Origin: Chrysomallon squamiferum
Lineage: Eukaryota; Animalia; Mollusca
NCBI GenBank assembly: GCA_012295275.1
Contig: CM022668.1
Coordinates: 5,270,001 to 5,334,000 of the forward strand
Direction: 5' to 3'
Length of the DNA stretch: 64,000 nucleotides
The position numbers and the translations under genes are program-made. This document shows positions 11,286-25,069 of this stretch, one piece after another (position 1 is the stretch's first letter; the number at the start of each line of letters is the position of its first letter). The notes under the pieces are model-generated. The model saw only the letters and a list, made by a program, of their open reading frames with translations. It had not been told where the DNA came from and made no database searches.

Positions 11286-14200
11286 ATGTCTAACACTTTG
11301 CGAATGGATGCAGAGGATGAGGGAGGTGTTGATTTCAGATGTGTACTACTTAAAGTTGCTGGTGACCTGGTCAACAAGGACATTGATTCTCTGAAATTCT
11401 TGTGTCGCGAGTTTGCTCCATTGAGTCGACTGGAACATATAAAGAAGGGAACTGAACTGTTCAGCCTTCTTGAGAAAACAGGCAAACTGAAAGAAACAAA
11501 TAAGTGGGTTTTGGCCGAGATGTTAAAACGTATTAAGAGATTAGATCTGGTGGAAAAATTGCAGGTTGATGAGAAAGTACTGGATAAATATCTGTCCATG
11601 TATGGATCACATTTTTCACCATACAGAAATCTGCTTCTTGATCTTTCTGATGAAATCGGTGAAGAGGACTTGCATAAGTTGTTGTTTTGTTTTGCAGACA
11701 TTCCTAGTTCAAAGCTAGAAGACATTCACAGGGTGGTGAATTTTTTTCTAATTCTTGAACAGATGAAAAAAATTAGTCCTGGAAATGTTGACATTTTGGA
11801 AGGTTCTCTTAAGCAGATAGGAAGATTAGATTTAGTAGAAAAAATAAAGAACTTCAAACAGAAGATGAATGTAAATACAACATCTACAGTGGATCAGTCA
11901 GCTGTGATTAGGACTGCAAATAAACCTGAAGAACCAATACACCTTCCAATACAAAAGATGCAAGTAGAATATCCCAGTGAGCCAACAAAGCCTGGTAGGA
12001 CAACAGCAAGGGTTGTACCAAAGACTCCTCAGCCAACACAAAGTCCTCCTTCAGAACCAGGTAAAAAAAAAATCCCCAAAACCTTCTTAAACGACCCAAG
12101 ACTCATAAAACTGATAACTTAATTTGTATTGTAACTTTATTTTTATCCATTTGCATTACTGTATCAAAGAAACAAAATTAATGTAGAAATATTCCTGTAA
12201 ATGATCAGATTACATCAGTGTTTCTGTAAGTTATTTTCAAGCAAGGATTTCCATATTTTAACTTATCTTATTAGTTCTATCAATTATTTAAACTTTTCTA
12301 TTATTTATTATGCCTTCAACAATTTCAACTTTACTATTATTAGCAAACATTTATCAGCAATAAACTAAAATGTATTTACACTTTTTGTTTGCAGTTCAAA
12401 ATATTCACTTTAAATTGAAATGCTTAGTTTTACTTCCTTGTATTAATTAAGCCCTTTATTTTTATTTTTTTCTTCATTGTACTGTGTCAAATTTGTAGAT
12501 CTGTATTTAAATAGTGATTCTCTGGTTCATTTCTGAATTAAACAATTAATACGGTTATATCATTTTGACATACCAACAATGTTTTAACTTTGTTTTCTAT
12601 TTTATTTATTACATTTTGTTCATTATTCATTCATTCATTCATTCATTTATCATCATTATAATTATCATCATCATCTCATATTATTATTATTATTATCACA
12701 TTTGTTTATTTATGTTAAATTTTCTTAATTTTTAATTATTATTTCATTCATTTCTCATATCTATATATATTTCTATATATCTATATATATTTTTTCAGCT
12801 ATACCTGATACACTAATCCGTGATATTGCTCTGCATATATCAAACACGCAGTTCTTTGCCCTTGGAACCCAGTTGAATATTCCTGAATTAACACTACAAA
12901 ATATGAGTCAGGATCACCATTCACCTCTCGACAGAAATACTAACATGATCAAACTATGGCTCCAAACGATAAATAGCACTCATGATAGAAAAAAGATAAT
13001 AACAGATTTGTCCAAGGCCATGAGGAACTGCGAAATGACACAAATAGCAGCAGCACTGGAAACCATGTTTGGAATACAGCCACAAGGTAATGTTTTTGTT
13101 TGAAGTAAATCAGCACTCTGAAAATACAAACCAGTTGGCAAATATTCTAGAGTTCAGAGAGTGAAAAGTTTAAGCTATTACAGTGTCATTACCATTATCC
13201 CTCAAGATTTTATCACAAACTTACATTCACCAGTGAGTAAATTCCTTTATGATTTTATGTCACTAGTTACATTTTATATGTGTGTGTGTGTAATTTTTAT
13301 TTATATCTAAAATTTTAACTGCTCTTTTTATTTTTTATGAAAATATTTTGGTTTCAGATCCTAAGATCAGCAGTAGAGAACCAAGAGCAGATGAAGCTAC
13401 CACAACAGGTAAATATACATTTTATTAAATTTAAATTGGTTTTGGACAACATTTTTTTCTAATAAAGATCAGAATAAAAAGATATTTGTGACTTTGTTAC
13501 TTTTTAAACAGTCAGTATAAATGTGTTTACATCCAGTTAATTATTTTATCAGTCTAATTACTTTTATTCAAATACTATGTTATTAGCAAACCTGTATTCA
13601 ATAATTTATAAATATGCATACAAAATGTATTTAAACTATTTGTTTGCATTTGTGTGAGTGATTAATTGTGTGTGTGTGTGTGTGATTTTTATTTATGTTG
13701 AAAGTTCCATCTGCTGTTTTTATTTTTTATGAAAATATTTTGGTTTCAGATCCTGAGATCAGCATAAGAGAATCTAACAGAATAGGTAATTATACATTTT
13801 ATAAATTTTTCATTGCTTTTAGAGAAATTTGTTTTTCTAATAATGAAGTACTTTTTAAATAGAAAGTATAAATCTGTTTACTTCCAGTTGATTATATTAT
13901 TTGTGTTTGGAGGCCAGTCTTTTCTACAATATACAAGAAATTTTGTATTACTACAGGTCAAGTAAACATAAACATTTAACATGAATTTAATCTGACCATA
14001 CTATTGACATGTAATATTGCTAGTCAACAGAACTTGAATTTAATAATAAAGGTAATTTATTTCTGGTACTTTTTCCATATGGGTTGAAGAAAAAAAAAAA
14101 TATGACCTTAGATCTGGTACCATCATGTATTTTATTTCTATTTTTTTGAAAGAACAACAAGAAATAATTAATCTGCGTAGTTCTACTCTTTGTTATTTTA

Positions 14201-17200
14201 CGTTGTTATTATTAGCAAATAATTGACATCGCAAAACAAATAAAGAAATAAGATTAAGCTGCATTTTTATTTTTATTTTATAGCAGAATGTACCTTCAGT
14301 TCTCTTACTTATTAATTTTTAATTTTTCACTTATTTGTTGAAAATCACCAGAGAATAAGCAGTTAGAAAGAACAGATGCAGATCAGGATCCTTTCCGCTA
14401 CTACAAAATGGATGCTAATCCTCGAGGTATATTTTCAAATAAATATTTTACTAATTTGGGATCAGCAAAAAGAGGCCTTTTTAAAAATACTATTAGATTT
14501 GGGAAATGTAGTGGAGATGTATAATGTCATACACATAAACACTCATTCCTTTTTTTTTTTTTTCAGTGCTGTTTATGCAGACCAGCACTGCAAAAGATTT
14601 GATTCCCCAGTGTATAAGTCATGTTTCCCTGCTCTTACTGCACTCCTCTATATCTTGATGAGTGATTCATAAACACAGACCCAGTCTGGACTTTCCACAT
14701 TTATATCACTGTATCTCTCCCTCATTCTGTCTCTTTGTTTCTCTTTGTCTATCTCCCTTAAATTTATTCTTTATAATTCCATTAAATGTTTTTTTCTTCT
14801 CGTTTATTCTAGGAATATGTGTAATAATAAACAATAGAAATTTTTACATTGATCCAGTGAAGCCAGAAGCTAAAAAGTTGGAAGAAAGAAAGGGAACTGA
14901 TGTAGATGCTGGTAAGTTTTACTTAGAAAGAAAATAGCAGTAACAACAACAGCAACTATAGTAATAATAAAAATAACAGCATCAGTAACAATAACAATAA
15001 TAATGATAAAACAGTTTAAAAATATGTAAACAAATTTTATTTCTAGGTAAGCTGAAAGAAACCTTTTAAAAAAAACATTTGGTATTTATGTTTGAACACA
15101 CACATACACACATCAGTTATCATACTTAGTTTAAAAAGATGTATAATGTTTCCTTTCTAGGAGAACTGAGAAAAACTTTCAGTAATCTTCAATTTATCGT
15201 CAAAGAAAAAACAAATTTGACTGACACTGACATGGTTGAGGCTGTAAAGGACCTGGCTTTCTTTGATCACAGTGACTATGACTGTGTTGTGTGTTGTATT
15301 TTGTCACATGGAACTGAAGGTGCAATATACGGAAGTAATGGTTGTCTTGTAAAGGTCAGAGACTTGACTGAACCATTTAGACCTGAGTCGTGTCCAACAC
15401 TGAGTGGGAAACCAAAGTTGTTTTTTATGCAGGCTTGTCAGGGGAAGGAAAAACAACTAGGTATGTATGGCAGCTGTTAAAAATAATTTCTCAAAACTAC
15501 ATATATGATTTTTTGTTGTATTTAGTCACATACATATTAAACTGGTTGGCCTAAATCTGTGCAAATTGTCATCTCATTCTTTAATATATGAGAAAGATGT
15601 TTTGGGATTGAAGAATTTGCTACAAGTTCATACTGACATTGTCACAAATGATACATTTTTTAGGTTTTTGTGTTTATTTGCTCTAAAATATTTCATGTAT
15701 AGTTACAAATATCAGTATGGGTTTTGGTGTGAGTTTGTATGCAACTAGGATTAATACTTTTAAAATATCAGAACTTGATTTCTGATACATCTATTACAGG
15801 ATATGATACCCAGATAGACAGTGATATTGACATGGATGTTCAGCAGGAAGAAACAAACCCAGAAGAAGGAACAAACCCACAGGCAGAAAAAATCCCAAAT
15901 GAAGCAGATTTTCTGCTAGGATATGCCACAGTACCAGGTTTTGCGTCTTTCAGATCAAAATCAACTGGAACATGGTACATCACAAAACTGACAGAAACTT
16001 TAAATAAATGTGCTAAAAAGTAAGTAAATGGATTTTAGGATTGTATGAAATTTTAAGGGGAACCTTAATAATCAGCTTGAAGATTACAACTAATGTATTC
16101 TTGCAGAAATGACATATAATGCAGAAACATGGACACAAACAAGACAGACAAAGAACAAACTAACAACCAGACAAAATAATTGTTAAGCATCACATCATGA
16201 CCAAAAACCAACTCACCTGTATAAGATAAAACAAAGGTCATAGATATCTCTGATCAGGTTAGAAGCAGAACACAACAGCTGACCGATGATGATGAAATTT
16301 TAAAAATAAACAAATATTTTTTAATCTATATTGAGTTAGTCAGTCTTGTGACATCACTGAAATGTTGTCTTGAGGATTATTTTATTAGTATAAAAAAGAG
16401 GATCATCTACCTGTTCAGGAGATGAAGACATGCAGTTTACAAATTACTTTTATGATCACAATATTGACTGCTCGTTTGGAAATAAATGGCAGGTTCAAAC
16501 ACCTTTTAGTACTGTTTATGTTTACATATTTACAACTAGTTGCATATTTAAAATAAAAACAGAAGTGTACAATATTTGGGTACCATTATTGGCTATGACT
16601 TTGGTACTGTTCTTTGTGATCTTGACTAAGTGTTTAGTGATTTCACCTTGTTAACTAATACTGTTAGCTGGATGATGATTTTTCTAGGCAGAGCAAATTG
16701 ATTACTATAATAAAAACTGTCAATCAGTAAATCACAAAATTTAATAGAATGCATGCACATTATGTATAATATATATAATGTACATATGTTAGAAACATCT
16801 GTTACATATATGACTGTATTTTAGTTGGAACCTCCCAAGGAATGTTCCTACATTATCATGTTATCTAAAATGTACAAGAAATCATTTTCATTCTCCTTTC
16901 TGATCTTTAAAGAAAGTAATAAAAACATAATGCAGCTGGGACATTCATAGAGATCTCTCTTATATATATATATATAGTTAAAATATATATTTTTTTTTAG
17001 CTTCTGTATATGTTACTAGAATATTACTATTTATTACTTTTTTAAAGTTTATTTTCATTTTATTTATTTTTCAGAGAGGACATCTCTAGTTTGCTGCTGT
17101 TAGTAAATCATGAAGTATGTAAAGCAGACGCGACGATGGCAGGTGGTAGGTACAAGCAGTCACCAGCACTGTTCAGCACTTTGAGGAAGAAGCTGATATT

Positions 17201-17207
17201 CCGATGA
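11286..17207 (+). CDS. CASP8: Caspase-8-like initiator caspase, copy 1 (DED-DED-DD-p20-p10, ~658 aa), apparently intact
   Basis: Exons 11286-12060 (two DEDs, each with RLDL), 12799-13086 (death domain-like), 13358-13408, 13750-13785, 14352-14426 (YKMDANPRG), 14813-14911 (ICVIINN, ERKGTDVD), 15161-15460 (ILSHG, GKPKLFFMQACQG), 15800-16019 (IPNEADFLLGYATVPG), 17075-17207 (KQSP..STLRKKLIF). Phases are consistent (1977 nt). The symbol means caspase-8/10-like; orthology was not tested. Confidence 0.9.
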
Positions 17208-17444
17208 AGGACATTTTTTCATTTGTTTTATTTATTTTCAGTTGATGTTTGAACAACTCTGGTATAATCATGTTCATGTTTTATATTTTAACAGTTCTTA
17301 AATGTTTACATAATTAATGTCCGAAAATGGGGGTAACTACACAAAAACTAAGTAACAGTGTGTATGCAAACATACATGGGCTATTTAGAAACTTGGTTAT
17401 ATAATTAGTGGAAGTTCCATTATTTTATTCTGTAGTACAAACTC

Positions 17445-20400
17445 AAGTGATTCCTTTGTTTGTTAAGGAAGATACAATGATGAAAATTACATAGATATTC
17501 AAAATAACTGATTGTTATTTTATGGTGTAGTAAAGTTGCTAATTTGTTTAGAGAAATATAAAAAGTGTACATTTGATCTGTTTGAAAATAGTATCTAGTT
17601 TCTTGATTGTTTATCCACATCAGTGATGATATATACACTACATATACAAAAGCTGAAATAAATAAATACTTTATCAAATAATAACAGAAGGTTAACTTTT
17701 TAAATGTTTTATTTTTCTCTGCTGTATACAAATTCAAAAGAAACTCAAAAATACACAAAGTAAAAGTCAACAGTTTTCCCCCTTATACAATAATATCTAC
17801 TGCTAAATTTATCATGTACCAACAAAATGCACACCTATATACTATAGCAATTATTAATTTGCTTTCATTTATTACTTCTGTTTGTTTTTCTCAGATAATT
17901 AACACCTTGTCATGTGACGCTATTATAGTCTGCTACCCTTTAGACCGGACGAGCCAAATTTTAGGTATCAATACCACTCAGACTAGTCACTGTGACAGTA
18001 TTTTAGTTTTAAATCCAAGCTAAATTTTATAGGCTTTTTAATATTTTGTTTGTTTGTTTTTGCATGAAAAGTAAAAGAATAAATAAGCTCTGTTAACTTT
18101 AATGTTAGTGTTTCCTATTAAAAATGGACTAACAAACATTTGGTAAATTTTCAAGTGATTCAACTGTTTCAGAATTTTGCTTTTTAATATTTATAATTTT
18201 TATTTTTTGTTTGTTTTTGCATGAAAGATAAAAACACTAAATGCATTCTGTAAATTTTAAAATATTGTTTCTTGTTAAAGTGGACAAACAAACACCTGGT
18301 ACATTTTCAAGTGATTGCTTTGTTTGTTTGTTAAGGAAGATACAATGATGAAATGTTCAAAATAATTGATTCTTAATATATGGAGTAGTAAAGTTGTTAA
18401 TTTGTTTAAAGAAATGTAAAAAGTGTATGTTTGAAAATTGTATATAGTTTCTTGATTGTTTATCCACATGCATTAATGTTTCAAAGATAATATATATTAA
18501 TAACAACCTTGTATATAATATAAAATTTGTTGCCTCCCTAATTATGAATCATGTAATTCTTAAAGGAATTTTGTTTTGAGTTTGAAATGTATTTCTGCAT
18601 GAGAGTTAAAGAAAGAAGAGAAAGAATTTTGCCCTTTTTGAACTATTTAATTTTATTTTGTATTTCGTATCCATATATATCTAGTTTTACTGATCATAGT
18701 CTAAATATAATCAGTATATTTTAGACATAATATATTTATAAGATAAAATGAATTCTGTAAACTTTAAAGTTATTGTTTCTTGTTAAAGTGGATAAACAAA
18801 CATTTGGTACATTTTCAAGTGATTGCTTTGTTTGTTAAGGAAGATACAATGATGAAAATTACATAGATATTCAAAATAACTGATTCTTATTTTATGGTGT
18901 AGTAAAGTTGCTAATTTGTTTAAAGAAATATAAAAAGTGTACATTTGATCTGTTTGAAAATAGTATCTAGTTTCTTGATTGTTTATCCACATCAGTGATG
19001 ATATATACACTACACATACAAAAGCTGAAATAAATAAATACTTTATCAAATAATAACAGAAGGTTAACTTTTTAATGTTTTATTTTTCTCAGCTGTATAC
19101 AAATTCAAAAGCAACTCAAAAATACACAAAGTAAAAGTCAACAGTTATTCCCCCTTATACAATAATATCTACTGCTAAATTTATCATGTACCAACAAAAT
19201 GCACACCTATATACTATAGCAATTATTAATTTGCTTTCATTTATTACTTCTGTTTGTTTTTCTCAGATAATTAACACCTTGTCATGTGACGCTATTATAG
19301 TCTGCTACCCTTTAGACCGGACGAGCCAAATTTTAGGTATCAATACCACTCAGACTAGTCACTGTGACAGTATTTTAGTTTTAAATCCAAGCTAAATTTT
19401 ATAGGCTTTTTAATATTTTGTTTGTTTGTTTTTGCATGAAAAGTAAAAGAATAAATAAGCTCTGTTAACTTTAATGTTAGTGTTTCCTATTAAAAATGGA
19501 CTAACAAACATTTGGTAAATTTTCAAGTGATTCAACTGTTTCATAATTTTGCTTTTTAATATTTATAATTTTTATTTTTTGTTTGTTTTTGCATGAAAGA
19601 TAAAAACACTAAATGCATTCCGTAAATTTTAAAATATTGTTTCTTGTTAAAGTGGACAAACAAATACCTGGTACATTTTCAAGTGATTGCTTTGTTTGTT
19701 TGTTAAGGAAGATACAATGATGAAATGTTCAAAATAATTGATTCTTAATATATGGAGTAGTAAAGTTGTTAATTTGTTTAAAGAAATGTAAAAAGTGTAT
19801 GTTTGAAAATTGTATATAGTTTCTTGATTGTTTATCCACATGCATTAATGTTTCAAAGATAATATATATTAATAACAACCTTGTATATAATATAGAATGT
19901 GTTGCCTCCCTAATTATGAATCATGTAATTCTTAAAGGAATTTAGTTTTGAGTTTGAAATGTATTTCTGCATGTTAATTAAAGAAAGAAGAGAAAGAATT
20001 TTGCCCTTTTTGAACTATTTAATTTTATTTTGTATTTCGTATCCATATATATCTAGTTTTACTGATCATAGTCTAAATATAATCAGTATATTTTAGACAT
20101 AATATATTTATAAGATGAAATGAATTCTGTAAACTTTAAAGTTATTGTTTCTTGTTAAAGTGGATAAACAAACATTTGGTACATTTTCAAGTAATTGCTT
20201 TGTTTGTTAAGGAAGATACAATGATGAAAATTACATAGATATTCAAAATAACTGATTCTTATTTTATGGTGTAGTAAAGTTGCTAATTTGTTTAAAGAAA
20301 TATAAAAAGTGTACATTTGATCTGTTTGAAAATAGTATCTAGTTTCTTGATTGTTTATCCACATCAGTGATGATATATACACTACACATACAAAAGCTGA

Positions 20401-20632
20401 AATAAATAAATACTTTATCAAATAATAACAGAAGGTTAACTTTTTAATGTTTTATTTTTCTCAGCTGTATACAAATTCAAAAGCAACTCAAAAATACACA
20501 AAGTAAAAGTCAACAGTTATTCCCCCTTATACAATAATATCTACTGCTAAATTTATCATGTACCAACAAAATGCACACATATATACTATTGCAATTATTA
20601 ATTTGCTTTCATTTATTACTTCTGTTTGTTTT
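17445..20632. repeat. Tandem duplication, 1372-bp unit, ~2.3 copies, downstream of caspase copy 1
   Basis: Matching short ORFs are offset by 1372 (17814/19186, 18275/19647, 18783/20155). The unit has internal sub-repeats, and a related single copy lies at ~46250-46930 behind copy 3. Confidence 0.9.
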
Positions 20633-21529
20633 TGTGTTGCTCTTTCTATTACATCAATCAACTCACAAAGCTAAAACATTTTAATAAACATTTATGCATT
20701 CATTTTGAATTTCGTGATGCAATTTCTTTTAACAATGGTTTAATTAAATCAGCTTATTTTATTTGCATTCACACTAACATAAATTAATATGTAACAAGCA
20801 TTAACGTTTTCACTTTGATTTTCTTTACATTTGGTTTAAAATGATGTTTTATTAAAATCAGTCTATTTAATTTGCATTCAAACTAACTTAAACCAGTTAG
20901 ACATATTTTCTTGTGAGTACTTTTAGATATATAACCGATGATTTGATGTGCTGAAGTTAATTTTGTTATCACAGTGCCACAATTTAAAACACTTCATTTG
21001 TATTACTCTTTTGTTTATTACATAAATCCAGCATTTGTTTATTAAATTACTATTATTATTATTTTTACACTATTTTAAGGTAACAAGCAATTTTCCAAGT
21101 TATAGATTATTTTAGACATTTTATGTACAGTAGAATATTTTGGAAACCAAGCTTTCACCAGTGGCTCTATTTGAATTATTTTTGTTGCTTCATATTAGTA
21201 TTGATGTTCGAATGTTTGATTTAAAAATATTTTCATAAACTAACTCTTGAATTTAAATATTTTTTCATTTGTATAGTAATAAAACATTTTCAAACCCAAC
21301 ACTTTTTAACAGATCAGATTTAATTATTTTTTTTAATTCATATTAAACAAAAGAAGAAGAAGAAGAACAAAGCAATGGCCATTTAGAATCATAAGAATTC
21401 AAACAGGTGAAGGAATGCAGATATTAATAAAATCAGTAAAATTAGGCAGTTACCAGCTTTTTAAATAAGAAGAATCTGCCTTCTGCCACTTTTTTATTCT
21501 GTCTGCCATGGATTTAGTTCTTCTGATCA

Positions 21530-21569
<40 letters not shown>

Positions 21570-21635
21570 ATGCACACACCACGCTGACACATACACCTTC
21601 ATATACATTTTCCTGTGGTTTAACATGTATGTATG

Positions 21636-21707
<72 letters not shown>

Positions 21708-22333
21708 AGAAAATTCTTTGCCAGCTGTTTTTAGAATCACGTGGTTAAAATCTGTTATTTTCTATAGTTGTTAATTCTGAATATATCTGTTTTCTAAGCA
21801 TTTAAAACATACTAAAGACAGTTCATTGTGATCCTACAGCAGATAATATCTTCTGTATTAACACCTGCAAAATGCAGCAACGTTCATTATAATACTAACA
21901 AATACTGAAATTTTAACAATATGTCATATAGTAAAAGTATGTTTATTTTTTTTATTATATATATATATTTTTACAATAAAATAAGTTTTTGGATTTCATA
22001 TAAACATCAGGACAGCGAAAAACCCCAGGAAAACGAGGAAATCAAATAATACACCAATACACATATAAATTAATACATATTTTTATCTTAATTAACATTA
22101 TGCAATAAATTAAATTAAATAGGTCTTTACGAGAATTGTTTAGTAACTGTAGTTAACTGAAACAAACTGATAACACACCTGACCCCTCTGCCATACATGA
22201 TTGACAGCTAGTACTGACCAATGACTAACGAGCATGCGTGCATCATCATTTGTCGGCCATTAAACAAACAGGTAGTTAGACAACAATGAATCGTTTGTGT
22301 TATTCAACGCGTGCGGAAGCCTAACCACAACCG

Positions 22334-22530
22334 TAGTAAAGAGATGTGTAACAGCGGCGATATATTGATAGCTATCCAGAACGAATAGTTGTGTAAAATT
22401 CGTGTCTTTTCCAAAGCAGAAAGCAACTTTATAAAAGCCTGAAATCTATTACTTTATACGGAAGGCCACAGGAACACCTAAATCCATTTTATTAGTAATA
22501 TAAATTTGCCCTTTTGATATTTGAAGACAC
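22334..22530 (+). mobile_element. Degenerate THAP-domain remnant (copy a)
   Basis: Frameshifted translation gives VKRC..SYPERI..VKFVSFPK..GRPQEHLNP, resembling the THAP zinc-finger N-terminus of DNA-transposon proteins. Paralog at 26986. Confidence 0.5.
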
Positions 22531-23850
22531 AGTAAATGTTTTGATATTAAACTGATTCCAAGTGCATAATGAGATGTCACTTTACATACAGTTCACTGTA
22601 CAATAAAAACAATTTATATATACTTTTCTGACATAAAGTATATATATTTTTTTCTGACTACATATAAGAAAAAATAGAATTATTTAATTTCATGCAACAC
22701 ACAGTACTAAAATTATAAATGAAATTTAAGACAAGTAATAAAATATTTATTTATTTATTTATTTATTTATTTTTTTGGTAAAATAAGTTTGTGAATAAAC
22801 AGCTGTTAAAATTTAATTAAAATAACTGTTACCACTTTTTTATTGGAATAAAAAATGTAAGAAAAAGAAAAAAGAGAAAAGAAATAAGACAAAAAGAGAA
22901 GATAATAAAAAGGAAAAGAGAAATAGGAAATCAAAACTTTTGAATAATTCATACAGTATTAACGTCTGTCATTGTTTTCATGCATGGAAATTTTAAGTTT
23001 TTTAAATTTTCTGCCATTTAAAACAAAGTTAAAACTATTCAACTGGAGATGTACTAATTCAGTTACTGAATGAGAAAAGTATATCACTTAGTTATTATAC
23101 CCGTTGTGTATATTTACAATAAATATCTCATTAAAATAAGCAAACTGCACTTGACTTGTTGAAACGGATTAATGTACAAGGAAGAAAGATTATTACTTTA
23201 TTTTTATTATTTTAACTAGATTAAATGAACAAAATTGGTTATTTTATCTTTTGGCTTTATTTTAAAGAAATAAAAACAAATCTACAAAATTTGATTTATA
23301 TAACAAAAAAAAAAAAAAAAAAAAAAAAACCAATCACATACTGTTTTCATAACTGCTTTTCTCAAAGACCTAATATAATTATTTCAACATTAAACTTTAT
23401 CATGGATAAACATTTACACAAGAATAAAATCTAAGAAAAACAGAAAACATCTGATAAAAAAAAAGTAAATCCCCCCCAAAAATCAGAGAAAAGTAACAAA
23501 GGCAGAATCTGGACTGTAATGTTCAGCTATAAGTTTGCATAAGCAGAAATTGTTTTACTTCTGATGCTGTTAACTCTGTATTTTTGTTATTACTATTATT
23601 ATTACTATTATTATTATATATATATGTATTATTGTTTATTTTTTAAATCAAAGCCCAATTTATTTCAAAGTGTGAAATACTTTGTTACATTTTTAATTAA
23701 CAAGGAAAAGAGAAGAAAAGAAATCAGATTCTCTTATTTGGTCAACTAGGTTAAATATTTATAAACAGAATATAAAACATAAAGTTTTTATTGTTCAAAA
23801 AAAAAGAGAGAAAGAATTACCACTTTGGATCCAAGTTTGTAATAGAAAAA

Positions 23851-23914
<64 letters not shown>

Positions 23915-24214
23915 TATAATAAACTTATAGTATGTGTCCATTAGTTCAACTATGTTTATGGAGTTAATTTATTAAACAAAAGTCGAAACATCAGGAAGAT
24001 TAATTAAATAAATAAATAAAAAAAAAAAGAACGGAAGAAAAACAACAAAAAATGAATGAACGTACAAACAAATAATAATATAATAAATATTAAACAAACA
24101 AGAACGCGAACAAGTAAATAAATAATATAAGGAATAATCAACCATCCAGCTAACCAACCAAACAAATAAATAACATAAATAATGTTAATAAAATATAGAT
24201 AAAGAAAATACTCA

Positions 24215-24274
24215 CCAGCTTCGGTCATCAAAAGAAATAAAAACACAGACAGAAACATGGCAACCATGACTTTT
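24215..24274 (-). pseudogene. Orphan copy of the chitinase signal-peptide exon with flanking intron sequence
   Basis: TTTTAG|AAAAGTCATGGTTGCC...GAAGCTG|GTGAGT encodes MVAMFLSVFLFLLMTEAG versus MDAMFKSAFIFLLMNEAG at 6990-6932. No downstream chitinase exons are nearby. Confidence 0.75.
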
Positions 24275-25069
24275 CTAAAATAAAACAATAAAAACATATA
24301 CTGGGGAGGGGAAAAAAATGAAAAGTGTGTTGTATTATTACTATTATCATCATTATCATTATTATTATCATTATCGTTATCTTTGTTATTATTATTATTA
24401 TTATTATTTAATGAGCGGTTGATATGGACTAATTTATAGATTATATCTATCTATCTATCTATCTATCGCTAAAATCTTTGTTTCATTTTATTTCATTTTA
24501 TTTATTTATTTTACCTATTCCAGTCATGTATAATTAATTGCATTTAAACTTCGGATTAAATGTAATTTCAGGACATTTAGATTGGAGTTATTTCCCGTTC
24601 GTTTTATTCTCAATAGTTAAAAAGATTGGATTTAGATACTTACAAACAAACAAACAAACAAACAAATAAGCAAATAAATAAATAGTGAATTATATATATA
24701 AAAATAATAAAAATTAAAAAATATATAAATAAAATAACAGGGCTTCGGAGGGAGTTTGTGTTACGCAAGATCTACTTTTTTTCGTACCTCTTGTTTGAAG
24801 AGTCGGAAAAGTTTTAATAATAATAATAAGAAGAAGAAGAAGAAGAAGAAGAAGCAAGAAAAAAATATATAAAATAATTAAATTTAAAAAGTAAAGAAAA
24901 AGAAACAGTGGCTCTGAAGTAAATTGTTGATTTTATTATTTATTTATTTATTATAGTTTATCTCTCTCTCTCTTTCAATACATAAATTACCAACTATAAT
25001 TATTAGTACTAATGTATGTATATCAGGTACAACAAAAATGTTGTTGTTTTCGTAACCTTTGTTGAACTT

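Noticed and set aside
11270-11725. Antisense ORFs of 144-151 aa repeated at 32264 and 38098
   Set aside because: Shadows of the DED exon, conserved only because the sense strand is duplicated.
11286-12122. Stand-alone 278-aa DED-DED (c-FLIP-S-like) gene
   Set aside because: A donor at 12060/12061 is conserved in all copies and splices in frame to downstream exons. An intron-retention isoform is possible but unsupported.
17420-20421. Recurring short ORFs (MYQQNAHL..., MWINNQET...)
   Set aside because: By-products of the 1372-bp tandem repeat; AT-rich, with no domain features.
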